Shown: positions 17,389-26,117 of the stretch, piece by piece
How positions within the stretch are numbered: the stretch's first letter is position 1
How the letters are laid out: every line of letters starts with the position of its first letter
Virus record (IMG/VR): IMGVR_UViG_3300020045_007235
Location: 1-39,996 of that record
Direction: 5' to 3' (one strand)
DNA: 39,996 nt
From: a virus
Lineage: Duplodnaviria > Caudoviricetes
Notes under the pieces: generated by a model
The model's input: the letters and a program-made list of their open reading frames with translations, nothing else
What the model was told of the DNA's origin: nothing
Databases searched by the model: none
Position numbers and translations under genes: made by a program

Positions 17389-17519
17389 CCTAAGTCATAA
17401 ATCAATTCGTTAAGAGCCTGGACGGCAGTATAAAGATCATTTTCAAGATCGTTATTACTGCTTTTTGCAGCCTCAAGTAGTTCAATCACATCATCTATTC
17501 TTTGATTGTAATCTATCAT
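17385..17519 (-). CDS. Hypothetical protein (44 aa)
   Basis: MIDYNQRIDDVIELLEAAK..., with ATGA overlaps at both ends. Confidence 0.5.
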   Translation of the reverse strand: MIDYNQRIDDVIELLEAAKSSNNDLENDLYTAVQALNELIYDLG

Positions 17520-17686
17520 CTTAACAATTTCTCATTTGTCTTAGGTAAGTAATGGCTTCTTCTCCATTTTTCTTGATATATGCAATGATCGCAGTGACTT
17601 TCTTCAGAAAGTTCAATAGTCTTTCCACGATTAGAACACATATCACATAACGATATATGAATATCATTTTCTGAAAATTCATCCAT
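17516..17686 (-). CDS. Small Cys-rich (CxxC x2) protein
   Basis: CDMC...CDHC, with a TGATG overlap with the upstream ORF. Confidence 0.5.
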   Translation of the reverse strand: MDEFSENDIHISLCDMCSNRGKTIELSEESHCDHCIYQEKWRRSHYLPKTNEKLLR

Positions 17687-17838
17687 CAACCACTCCAATC
17701 ATTTGAGTATAGATGCCCTCTGAACTCGGCAATGTCACATTCTTTTATTTCATGATCTGGATGCATTTCAGCGATCTTTTTCTTGTTTCTACTACCTACT
17801 ACTCGATCTTTATTCAGTACTACATAATAAATTTTCAT
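17686..17838 (-). CDS. Hypothetical protein (50 aa)
   Basis: MKIYYVVLNKDRVVGSRNKKKIAEMHP..., overlapping both neighbours. Confidence 0.45.
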   Translation of the reverse strand: MKIYYVVLNKDRVVGSRNKKKIAEMHPDHEIKECDIAEFRGHLYSNDWSG

Positions 17839-18053
17839 TTGTTTCTATTCCTTAATTTTACACATAAAGCCATACGTTCAGATTGTACAATGTCAATGTC
17901 TGTAGCAGGTTTTGACATTTCAAAATGGCGCCAGGAGTTTGTTTGTTTTGGTCTTGGTTGAAGTTTTAAGCTGTTCGCTCGTTTGTCTCTATAGTTCATA
18001 TTTGGAGTTGTCCATAGGTTTATGGGAGGAAATTTTATGTCAGGCCAGTACAT
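17835..18053 (-). CDS. Hypothetical protein
   Basis: Translationally coupled ORF in the leftward operon. Confidence 0.5.
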   Translation of the reverse strand: MYWPDIKFPPINLWTTPNMNYRDKRANSLKLQPRPKQTNSWRHFEMSKPATDIDIVQSERMALCVKLRNRNK

Positions 18054-18421
18054 TAAAACAACGATGAATTGATTACCACTTCCATACCTTTTGTGGCTTC
18101 CTCAACTGCATCAGCAGTAAGCCATCCTCCAGTTTCAGATATCATGATAGACCCATCGTCATTCATGCCGATATGGTCATTAAGCTCAAATGTTCCGTCA
18201 TCACTTGGTTTTGTGACTATGTAGCGTATGCCAGGAATCATTTTTATTTTATTGCATATTGGAGGAAACTTTCCTCCTTCAGTACAATGATACATACATC
18301 CTTCATCACAATCATGATGTGGTATTTTATGGCCAAAATATTCATTTAATCCTTCAATTGTTATTTTATCTCCTACATTAAAGTTTTTATCAGGTTTTTT
18401 TACTGTAAATTCATTGTTCAT
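18053..18421 (-). CDS. Hypothetical protein
   Basis: Coupled ORF with a His/Cys cluster in the middle. Confidence 0.55.
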   Translation of the reverse strand: MNNEFTVKKPDKNFNVGDKITIEGLNEYFGHKIPHHDCDEGCMYHCTEGGKFPPICNKIKMIPGIRYIVTKPSDDGTFELNDHIGMNDDGSIMISETGGWLTADAVEEATKGMEVVINSSLF

Positions 18422-18617
18422 TATTTATTTTCCTCAAAAATCTTTCACGATCTTCCAGTTTAATGTCTGTTAAATACTCATCAATTTCAGTATATCCGGA
18501 CTTAAAAAGAGCAACACCAAAGACAGCATCACTTATTGATAAAAAGCCATTAGAACACGTTATTCTTTCGTTTTTGACAGGTTGTTTTTGTTTAGCTAGT
18601 GCTTTAAGAATGTCCAT
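18411..18617 (-). CDS. Hypothetical protein
   Basis: Coupled ORF in the leftward operon. Confidence 0.55.
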   Translation of the reverse strand: MDILKALAKQKQPVKNERITCSNGFLSISDAVFGVALFKSGYTEIDEYLTDIKLEDRERFLRKINNEQ

Positions 18618-18793
18618 TTAATTTTTTTCTCAACACACTAAAAATAAATGTTGCTATCTTTTTTGCATCTTCTTTTTTAAGTACTCCTTTGTGGTAAACG
18701 TCAACATTTTTAATTGCTTTATTTTTTTCTATCATTTCATTTTCTCAACAAGATTAAGTAAATCATTTGCCAACTCTATAAGCTCTTCTTTAA

Positions 18794-19123
18794 TTATTTA
18801 CTGCGTTTAAAACAATTTTCAAGATCAATTAAAGGAATTATTTCCTTTCCTGTTGCCCTTCTTTTTTTTTGTGCTTCTGACATCTTTTTTTTTGTTTCAT
18901 CAGACATTTTACGTTTTGATATAGACATTTTTCTTCGTGTTTCTTCGCTCATTTTTCTACCTGTAGCTAAAAAAGAAAGCCTTTCTTTCTGTTCGTCTGA
19001 AATCTTTTTTCCTTTATTTGATAAAGATATTTTTTCTTTTGTTTTTTCGCTTCTTGGGATGCCTATTTTAGATAAAGCCATTTTCTCTTTTGTTTCTTCA
19101 CTATGTTTTGTCACGCGTTTCAT
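18794..19123 (-). CDS. NUMOD3-repeat DNA-binding protein without a nuclease domain
   Basis: Repeated (H/R/M)SEETK.KMS.S..G units: HSEETKEKMA, RSEKTKEKIS, ISDEQKERLS, MSEETRRKMS, MSDETKKKMS. Confidence 0.8.
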   Translation of the reverse strand: MKRVTKHSEETKEKMALSKIGIPRSEKTKEKISLSNKGKKISDEQKERLSFLATGRKMSEETRRKMSISKRKMSDETKKKMSEAQKKRRATGKEIIPLIDLENCFKRSK

Positions 19124-19127
19124 CTAT

Positions 19128-20861
19128 TTAAAACTCCCAAGAAATAAGTTTATTGAACCTGCCATCTTTAATGACAGTAATTGTTTTTATTGTGTGAAAA
19201 TACTGATCATAGTAGTTTTCAAACAAAAATAACATGTTCTTTACATTATGACCGCCTTCAAACTTGCCAATTTGATACCAATCTTTTTTGTTCTTCATCA
19301 GACTTTGAATCTTTGCAATTGCAAGTCCTTTCGCTGAACCTTGATGTTCTATGCATAAGTATTCCGTATGCAATAGAGACACAAATTCATCATAAAAAAG
19401 CATCTTGATCATAGGTGTATCGCCTTTCTGATACTGCTCAAAATACACACTATTCACATCATAAGTTATTTTTTCTTGCTCCTGTTTCAATGCCAAAGCC
19501 TGAACTTTTGTTCTCATTGAGTAAAGTCCATCTTCAGACTCACTTATAAATTGTGCTTTGCATTTACGGCAATATTTTGTACCTAAATGATTTAAATGTC
19601 CACAATAATCATTTTTTTTATAATTTACATTTTCAAAAAAAACATCTTCATCTAGATAAGCTGTACATTCCTTCTTTGGTGTTTCTTCCTTTGGTGGGCG
19701 TACAGTTGGAACAATAACATTCTCGATGCCGCCATTAGTTAGTCTTGATAAATTTGTGCCATAGTCAATTAAAAAGCCATGAATTTTGTCCTCGTGTGGT
19801 CGAATAACTCTACCTACCATCTGTACTAATAGTCCTGGTGAAGTGGTAGCACGAAGCAAAACAACACACTCTAAGGCCCTATGATCATAACCTTCAGTAA
19901 GCAGGTTTACATTTACAAGGTAACGACAACCAGAACCATTTTTAAGCCAATTTAAGGCATCTTTGCGCTCATTTTTTGGCATATCCCCATAGATTATACG
20001 CATTGTTGAATTATCGTCCCAGGCAGACAAAATATGGTTAGCATTGGCTACACTTGAGGCAAAGATAACGGCTGTCGTTATGTTGTGTTCAATGAACTTT
20101 TGTCTCATATCAGCAACAGCATTTTCAATGATTGCATCAAACTTTATACCTGCTTCTGCTTGGTTGTAGTCATAGCCAGATTTACTTACTCCATCCAGAT
20201 TTACACTAACATCAGAGTTAAGTGTTTCTATGTGAGACAGGTATCCATCAGCTATTAATTGCTTCAACCCTGGATCGATAGCAGTATCAAAAACCTTGTG
20301 TGTGAAGAATGGTTTTGTTTTGTGCGTCTCCTCGTGAAGCTCACCCTGATCTAGTCTATATCCAGTACCCGTGAAACCACAAACTTTTAAATCAGGATTT
20401 ATACTTAGTAATGCCTTTATAATTCTCTCATATTGTCCAGCAACAAATTTATTAGTTAATCCTGGGTATTCTTTTTTAAAATTTACCCTATGACACTCGT
20501 CAATTAGAATATAATCAAACGATCCTGAAATTGTGCGCTTATTTACAAAGCTAGATGCCATAGCAACAACAGCTTGTTTGTGACGTTGGTTCTTTCCAAG
20601 CTGTGAACAGACTATACCTAATGCTTCTTTGTTGTCCATATAATCGAATGCTTCTGCGTAGTTCTGTTCTACCAGCTCAAGACGTGGAACAAGCTGAAGT
20701 ATTCTTTTACCTTCGTTAACGTAGCGGTTAGTTAATGCAACAAGACAAAGAGATTTACCAAGCCCAGTAAAGAGAGAAGCATAAGGCCTCTCTCCTTTAT
20801 GCATAGACACATGGACAGCTTTGCATGCTTGCTGTTGGTAGTTTCTAAGCTCTTTCTTCAT
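19128..20861 (-). CDS. Superfamily 2 DNA helicase (RadD/YejH-like)
   Basis: LR.YQ, TGLGKS, LIDECHR, FTGT, LTEGYD, QMVGRVIR motifs and a C-terminal Cys cluster. Confidence 0.9.
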   Translation of the reverse strand: MKKELRNYQQQACKAVHVSMHKGERPYASLFTGLGKSLCLVALTNRYVNEGKRILQLVPRLELVEQNYAEAFDYMDNKEALGIVCSQLGKNQRHKQAVVAMASSFVNKRTISGSFDYILIDECHRVNFKKEYPGLTNKFVAGQYERIIKALLSINPDLKVCGFTGTGYRLDQGELHEETHKTKPFFTHKVFDTAIDPGLKQLIADGYLSHIETLNSDVSVNLDGVSKSGYDYNQAEAGIKFDAIIENAVADMRQKFIEHNITTAVIFASSVANANHILSAWDDNSTMRIIYGDMPKNERKDALNWLKNGSGCRYLVNVNLLTEGYDHRALECVVLLRATTSPGLLVQMVGRVIRPHEDKIHGFLIDYGTNLSRLTNGGIENVIVPTVRPPKEETPKKECTAYLDEDVFFENVNYKKNDYCGHLNHLGTKYCRKCKAQFISESEDGLYSMRTKVQALALKQEQEKITYDVNSVYFEQYQKGDTPMIKMLFYDEFVSLLHTEYLCIEHQGSAKGLAIAKIQSLMKNKKDWYQIGKFEGGHNVKNMLFLFENYYDQYFHTIKTITVIKDGRFNKLISWEF

Positions 20862-21111
20862 TTATTTTTTTTATTGCATCAAGTACGGTTTGTTTTTTCC
20901 ACTGAAATAGATTTTGCCTCTTTTTGTTGAACATTATATTTGGATTATGAACTCTATCATGAGGTGGAAATAATCCTCTTTTAATAAGAGTGTGAACATG
21001 AGTGTAATTTGAAAATCCAAATATTTCTTGAATGTCTTTACAAGATAAAAATGCATCATCAGCAAGATATTTCAAATATTCATGATTAATTGGTATATTT
21101 CTATTCGACAT
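20845..21111 (-). CDS. AlpA/excisionase-like HTH protein
   Basis: FLS.KDIQEIFGFS..T.V..LIKRG.FP...W....V pattern. Confidence 0.6.
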   Translation of the reverse strand: MSNRNIPINHEYLKYLADDAFLSCKDIQEIFGFSNYTHVHTLIKRGLFPPHDRVHNPNIMFNKKRQNLFQWKKQTVLDAIKKINEERA

Positions 21112-21112
21112 A

Positions 21113-21655
21113 TCATGAAACCCTGAGTATTTCTTTCTTGACAATATAACAACCAGACAACGACTCATCTTTTACAATCATTTCATCAGATTGCTTTTCA
21201 AGCAGCTTTTCTTTGATCATGTCTGTTTTTGGCTTCATGATAACTTCGATGTAATCTCTTTCAAGGTTCATGACAGAAAAGTCTGCTGCAAACTCAAGCG
21301 ATCCTTTGCTGGTGTAATGTGAGCAGTTAAACAACTCGCCTTTGTGCTTGTCAATGCCAAAATCAAGCATCAGATTAAGTACATGTTCTTTGATAAACTC
21401 GTGAACTTTTTCTTTTCTTTTGATGTTGGCATCGTGAGCCTTAAGGTAGCGTTTCTTGTTTTCTACAGCCGTTTCGTGCGCCGCTTTTGCTTCTGCTAAT
21501 ACTGGAAGCCAGTAGTCAATTTTTTTGTGTACATCACCAGCGACATATTCAAGTATTCTTTGCACATGTTCAAATTCTTCTTGGTCATCTCCAGTTAGCC
21601 ATTCAAGTTCTTCAAGTGCTTCAGCCTGTTTTTGTTTTAGTTCAAATATTTTCAT
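21113..21655 (-). CDS. Siphovirus Gp157-like protein
   Basis: Starts MKIFEL, coiled-coil body, ends GCYIVKKEILRVS. Sits in the Sak4/SSB recombination module. Confidence 0.6.
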   Translation of the reverse strand: MKIFELKQKQAEALEELEWLTGDDQEEFEHVQRILEYVAGDVHKKIDYWLPVLAEAKAAHETAVENKKRYLKAHDANIKRKEKVHEFIKEHVLNLMLDFGIDKHKGELFNCSHYTSKGSLEFAADFSVMNLERDYIEVIMKPKTDMIKEKLLEKQSDEMIVKDESLSGCYIVKKEILRVS

Positions 21656-21774
21656 TATTCAATGCCACTTGTGTTTGGTGATGTTGTAATAACTGCAATT
21701 GCAATCTGGAATATACCAATAGTCAGAATTGCAAATATGACAATTAATTTAATCGTTTCTATTAGTGCTTTCAT
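21655..21774 (-). CDS. Single-TM microprotein (39 aa)
   Basis: MKALIETIKLIVIFAILTIGIFQIAIAVITTSPNTSGIE, with a TAATG overlap. Confidence 0.5.
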   Translation of the reverse strand: MKALIETIKLIVIFAILTIGIFQIAIAVITTSPNTSGIE

Positions 21775-21780
21775 TTTATT

Positions 21781-22269
21781 TTATCCATTAATTCCAGAAC
21801 CATTTTCTTTGTGCCATTTTGTATGGCATTTAGGACATAGCCATCTAACTATCATTGGATAGTTATAGTTGTCATGATGGCCATGTATTCTTTTTGGAGT
21901 TGATCCGCAATTTTCACAAATATATTTTTTTATTAGACGTCCATCTCTTACCGCATTTCCAACTATTATTGAAGCAGATCGTTTTACAATATTATTTTCA
22001 GACCATTTATTTTTTGATTCTCTTGCTGATTTTTTTCCTTGTTCAGTTTGTGAATATTTTATTCTTGCTTCAACTCTATGCGGCAAGTTTGCCCTTTGTT
22101 TATCATACTCGATATAATAATCATGATTTTTTGATATGTTTTCTTTTGTATCTTTTTTTGTACATGTCTTGCATTTATTTAAATGTCCATCAGCCATCAT
22201 TTTATGTTTATAAAACTCTGATAATGGCTGAAGTACATTGCATTTGAAACATACTTTTGAATTATGCAT
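21781..22269 (-). CDS. HNH-type endonuclease (paralogue of 16080..16550)
   Basis: CFKC...FYKHK.M.DG.LNKCK.C.K, CENC...IHGHHDNY...VRWLCPKCH.KWH. Confidence 0.8.
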   Translation of the reverse strand: MHNSKVCFKCNVLQPLSEFYKHKMMADGHLNKCKTCTKKDTKENISKNHDYYIEYDKQRANLPHRVEARIKYSQTEQGKKSARESKNKWSENNIVKRSASIIVGNAVRDGRLIKKYICENCGSTPKRIHGHHDNYNYPMIVRWLCPKCHTKWHKENGSGING

Positions 22270-22312
22270 GGATCTTAAATTATGCGGTTTAAAAGCCAAT
22301 TATAGCATAATT

Positions 22313-23008
22313 CTAATTAAAAGGTATATCAGAGTCATCAAAGTCATCAAATGATTCAGATGTATTGATTGGATCCACAACAGGCGCATTTGGTTGGTTT
22401 GATGCCTGTTTGATGATATGTTCATCTTCAAGAAGAATATTAAGATATCGATCACATGAAACAGCATCAGAGTTATTTAAGAACTCGGCAGCGGATTGCT
22501 TTGTTTCAACATCGAAAAACTGACGAAACTCCATCACAGTTTTCATTTCATTTGAGGCAACCCATTTACCTTCAACCTGGATATTTTTTGGCTGTTGCTT
22601 TGCTTCAAGTATGATGCCTATTTGCTGCCCAACAAGATCAGTGTAGACCATCTTTTTTTGCTCAACATCCTGGCGAAGATCAAAGTCATATATTGCAACT
22701 CTTCCTGGTTTGCTTGATAATTCATCAATATCAAGCAGAACTTGCAAATCATTTATATACTGTAACTCTGGTTTATCTTTCCCGTCTTTTCTAACTGTTA
22801 ATCCATCAGAGCCACACCACCAAATATCGAAAGATGCATATTGACCACTGTCTGTTACAACTTCAAAATGAATTGATTTTGCTTGTGAACCTGTGACTTG
22901 TGATTTTTTATCATAGCACTTTGTTATTGTGAATGGATAGAAACCAGTTTTTTTGATAGGGCCAGCAGAAAACGTTTGTACTTTTGTTGTATCTTTTTTG
23001 AATGCCAT
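22313..23008 (-). CDS. Phage single-stranded DNA-binding protein
   Basis: Acidic C-terminal tail FDDFDDSDIPFN, directly downstream of the Sak4-like ATPase. Confidence 0.7.
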   Translation of the reverse strand: MAFKKDTTKVQTFSAGPIKKTGFYPFTITKCYDKKSQVTGSQAKSIHFEVVTDSGQYASFDIWWCGSDGLTVRKDGKDKPELQYINDLQVLLDIDELSSKPGRVAIYDFDLRQDVEQKKMVYTDLVGQQIGIILEAKQQPKNIQVEGKWVASNEMKTVMEFRQFFDVETKQSAAEFLNNSDAVSCDRYLNILLEDEHIIKQASNQPNAPVVDPINTSESFDDFDDSDIPFN

Positions 23009-23012
23009 TTTT

Positions 23013-23858
23013 TTATTTCTCTAAGTCTATGAATAGTTGTTTTGATGTTGATTCATCATTTATGTCAATGATGTACTGGTCTTTTACATTTGTTACTTTT
23101 TCAGTTCTTACTTTCGCAAAGAATGAACTCGTCCCCCTGGTGCTAACTGTTATTTCAGGTGGAAAGTCATTGTCAGCAAAGTGTTTCACTGTTCCAAATG
23201 CGTTACGTTTTGCCTTAGTGTTTACAGATGAATCCATAAACAGAACCCAATCAGCTTTTGCCGTTAGTAGGTTTGGAACTGAATAAACACCAAATTCAGC
23301 CATGTCTACGCCATGCTTTTTGTAATCATTACCTTCTGAGTCAGACATGTTTTTTTGTCTGCTGTGAGCAATCAGAATTACATTAATGCCTTTTTTGTGC
23401 AGATACTTAAGAGCTGTAAAGAACCTTGTCTCCCAAGTATTAACAACAGCAGCATAACCAACACCAAAATCATAATCTGCTATTGATGTTATTTTTTTAA
23501 CTTCGCCATTTTTTTTATGTACTTCAGGTGTTTCACTGATTAGTCTTTCCACAATAAGTTTGTCTACAAACATTCCACTATCAACAACTATGGTTTTGTA
23601 GTCATGTTGTTTTTTAACAAATGATTGCAACATCTGGAAAAATTCATCAATTGTTTGCGGCAAATACACAGAGCCTTCCTTGATGAATTTACCAACCCCT
23701 GGAACCTTTTCAACACCTTTTTCAACTGCAACAAAGAATGGTTTTGCTGCATGTTTGCAAAGGAATGTTTTTCCAACTCCAGCAGGTCCGTAGACAATAC
23801 CAAAGTAGGGGCCATTTACAGGTGATTCGGTAATCTCAAGTTCATCAATGAAGCTCAT
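23013..23858 (-). CDS. AAA_24 / Sak4-like recombination ATPase
   Basis: YGPAGVGKT Walker A, YKTIVVDS, FGVGY, INVILIAHS, ADWVLF. Confidence 0.85.
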   Translation of the reverse strand: MSFIDELEITESPVNGPYFGIVYGPAGVGKTFLCKHAAKPFFVAVEKGVEKVPGVGKFIKEGSVYLPQTIDEFFQMLQSFVKKQHDYKTIVVDSGMFVDKLIVERLISETPEVHKKNGEVKKITSIADYDFGVGYAAVVNTWETRFFTALKYLHKKGINVILIAHSRQKNMSDSEGNDYKKHGVDMAEFGVYSVPNLLTAKADWVLFMDSSVNTKAKRNAFGTVKHFADNDFPPEITVSTRGTSSFFAKVRTEKVTNVKDQYIIDINDESTSKQLFIDLEK

Positions 23859-24019
23859 TTTGTTTTATTCTCAATGTAAATGGTGAGTGCTTCTTCCACA
23901 AGGTCTTTAACCTTGATCTTGTTTTCTGGTGTGGCAAGCTTTCCTCGAAGGATCATGAGCTTTGAGAATAAATCCCAGCTGATTGAGATTGCTTGTTTGG
24001 GTTTTGCTTTTTGTTCCAT
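23855..24019 (-). CDS. Small ribbon-helix-helix-like regulator (54 aa)
   Basis: MEQKAKPKQAISISWDLFSKLMILRGKLATPENKIKVKDLVEEALTIYIENKTK, AGGA RBS. Not in the ORF track. Confidence 0.55.
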   Translation of the reverse strand: MEQKAKPKQAISISWDLFSKLMILRGKLATPENKIKVKDLVEEALTIYIENKTK

Positions 24020-24052
24020 TATTTTTTCCTGTTTATTTAAATAGTGTTAAAA

Positions 24053-24081
24053 ATGATAATTTATTTTTTTGTAAAAGTCAA
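24053..24081 (-). promoter_or_regulatory. Sigma70-type promoter of the recombination operon
   Basis: TTGACT-17 nt-TATCAT on the minus strand. Confidence 0.7.
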
Positions 24082-24093
24082 ATTTTTATTTAA

Positions 24094-24618
24094 TTAAACC
24101 TCTCTTGCATGAAATAAAGTAGTAGTTACCTGATTTCCTATCTTCCATTGCCGGCCAGTACAGAAATAAACCATAGTCGACGCATCAAGGCTTAATTTCC
24201 TGGTTTTTGCTGGTGGTTTCTTTTCAACAAAGCTATGAGGAACAAGAAGTTCTTCTCTCCTCTTAAAGAACCTTTCAACATCGTCACGATGCCATAAATT
24301 CAAGTCTCTTGATCCTGAAACAAGCATGACCCTATGTCTACTAGGAAAGTCATGGTGATTTACTAATATCCTTAATTTGTTACGGCCCATAAGGCCCTTG
24401 TATTTATTGTAGATGTCATCAAATGACATCTCGAAGCTCTGCTTTACCATTCTTTTTTTGTAAAGTCTGACAAACAGTTCACCAAGCTTTGCTTCATCTA
24501 TGGGATGTTTGCCATTTACCCTTGGCAATTTTTTATTAATGCATTTGTTTTTATAAATAACTTCTTTTGCAGAAGCTTCGTTGTATCCTAGTCGATCTCT
24601 GAATTCTTCGAATGTCAT
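24094..24618 (-). CDS. Putative DNA-binding protein (AlpA-like segments)
   Basis: First leftward gene. The DFP...LW.RDDVERF element resembles AlpA/Xis folds. Confidence 0.5.
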   Translation of the reverse strand: MTFEEFRDRLGYNEASAKEVIYKNKCINKKLPRVNGKHPIDEAKLGELFVRLYKKRMVKQSFEMSFDDIYNKYKGLMGRNKLRILVNHHDFPSRHRVMLVSGSRDLNLWHRDDVERFFKRREELLVPHSFVEKKPPAKTRKLSLDASTMVYFCTGRQWKIGNQVTTTLFHAREV

Positions 24619-24686
24619 AATTTCTATTCATTTTTTTAAAATGAGATGCTACTATATCAATTCCGTACGTACAAAACAATATTAAA

Positions 24687-24851
24687 ATGAAAGAAGATAA
24701 AAAAACAGAAAGGCTTGAGATCAGACTAACTAAAGAAGAAAAAAAACAACTGCATGACATTGCTCAAAAGCAGGAAATAACACTGTCTGAACTGGTCAGG
24801 ATAAAATCAATCTGCAACAAGGATAAAAATGAAAGTCAAAGAAAAGCTTAA
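24687..24851 (+). CDS. Ribbon-helix-helix regulator (CopG/MobC-like, 54 aa)
   Basis: KTERLEIRLTKEEKKQLHDIAQKQEITLSELVR is a classic RHH pattern. First rightward gene. Not in the ORF track. Confidence 0.7.
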   Translation: MKEDKKTERLEIRLTKEEKKQLHDIAQKQEITLSELVRIKSICNKDKNESQRKA

Positions 24852-24996
24852 TAACTTGTCAAAAAAATACAATTTTTTATTGATGGAACATGGTGATAAT
24901 AATAATAAAAAAGATGAAATAAATGATGTACTTTATGAGATGTGTTTTTACACACATAAATTGTTTTTGTTTGGAAATTATGAAATTGATGGATAA
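24829..24996 (+). CDS. Hypothetical protein (55 aa)
   Basis: AGGA RBS; MKVKEKLNNLSKKY... Confidence 0.45.
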   Translation: MKVKEKLNNLSKKYNFLLMEHGDNNNKKDEINDVLYEMCFYTHKLFLFGNYEIDG

Positions 24997-24999
24997 AAA

Positions 25000-25167
25000 A
25001 TGACTGTTATTGAAAAAATAAAAGCTGTTAATAATGAGTACATTGAATGTATTGAAAGCATTAATGACTCTGAGTTAACTAAAGAAAAAAGAGATTTTAT
25101 AATTCACATGCTGGATAATCTTTTTTATTTCACAAATGCATTTTTAAAAGAAAAGGAAATTAAATAA
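25000..25167 (+). CDS. Hypothetical protein (55 aa)
   Basis: MTVIEKIKAVNNEY..., with a TAATG overlap with the next gene. Confidence 0.45.
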   Translation: MTVIEKIKAVNNEYIECIESINDSELTKEKRDFIIHMLDNLFYFTNAFLKEKEIK

Positions 25168-25541
25168 TGAACACATTTAAGACACAACAAGAACTCCATA
25201 GGTTTTTACTAGATGGAGGAGCTATTCAATACACAGAAACAAATGATATTTTTTTATATAAAGATGGCTTTATAGTAAATCGTGATACAGGTAAAAAATG
25301 TGTATTTTTGTTCACAAAACCTGAAGACTGGAAGCCTTATGTTAAAAAAGAATGGTATGAACAAATTCCAGATGGAGGGTTTTGGTGTAGTGTGTATGGC
25401 AATCACAACATTGTTTTAGTTGAATCATCCTCTGATGGAATTTTATACAATCGTGGTCTTAATGCTGTTCCAATATCAGATGAAATAAAGCCAATCACCA
25501 AAGAATTTTATGAAGAAATGGGAAAGCATATCTATGAGTAA
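25167..25541 (+). CDS. Hypothetical protein
   Basis: AAGGA RBS; coupled ORF. Confidence 0.6.
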   Translation: MNTFKTQQELHRFLLDGGAIQYTETNDIFLYKDGFIVNRDTGKKCVFLFTKPEDWKPYVKKEWYEQIPDGGFWCSVYGNHNIVLVESSSDGILYNRGLNAVPISDEIKPITKEFYEEMGKHIYE

Positions 25542-25704
25542 TGATAATTTTTACCAGGAATTGGTAGACGATGGAGTTCCCATATCTGAGCTTTTGCGCG
25601 GAAATGCTGGAAATGTTGGAGATATTGGTGAACTTCTTGATATAGCAGCAGATGAAATAGACAGATTAAATGCTCTTGTTTTTGATTTGGGACATAAATC
25701 ATGA
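25534..25704 (+). CDS. Hypothetical protein
   Basis: LLDIAADEIDRL coiled motif of a kind common in small phage ORFs. Confidence 0.5.
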   Translation: MSNDNFYQELVDDGVPISELLRGNAGNVGDIGELLDIAADEIDRLNALVFDLGHKS

Positions 25705-26117
25705 ACATTGATATATTTCTTACTGCACTGGATAAGGTTAAAAAGACAGGCTACAACAAATGGATTGCCTGTTGTCCAGTACACAATGACAAAACACCTT
25801 CACTGGCAATAAGGCTGGTAGAAGGTGATAGGCTTTTGTTTCATTGCTTTGGGTGTGGTGCAAATGGGGTTGAAATTTGCAAAGCACTCAATATTGATCC
25901 AGGAGAACTTTTCCCACCAAAGCTCGAAAACTATAAACGCGAAAGGACGCCATTCCCTGCAGATCAGATATTAACAGCTCTTGCCCATGAGGCCGGCATC
26001 GTCACAGCTGCATCTTACGCTATAGCTAATTGTGAAAAACTGTCTGCTAATGATGTTAGGCGCATAGAAATGGCAAAAGACAGGTTAACGGAAGGTCTCC
26101 AATATGCTAAAACCTGA
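25701..26117 (+). CDS. CHC2 zinc-finger (primase-type) protein
   Basis: WIACCPVHNDKTPSL...LFHCFGCG. No TOPRIM or AEP catalytic domain follows. Confidence 0.85.
   Translation: MNIDIFLTALDKVKKTGYNKWIACCPVHNDKTPSLAIRLVEGDRLLFHCFGCGANGVEICKALNIDPGELFPPKLENYKRERTPFPADQILTALAHEAGIVTAASYAIANCEKLSANDVRRIEMAKDRLTEGLQYAKT

Noticed and set aside
24829-25167. Two adjacent 55-aa ORFs as tandem paralogues
   Set aside because: They have the same length and a similar M.V.EK start, but the similarity is too weak to support by eye.
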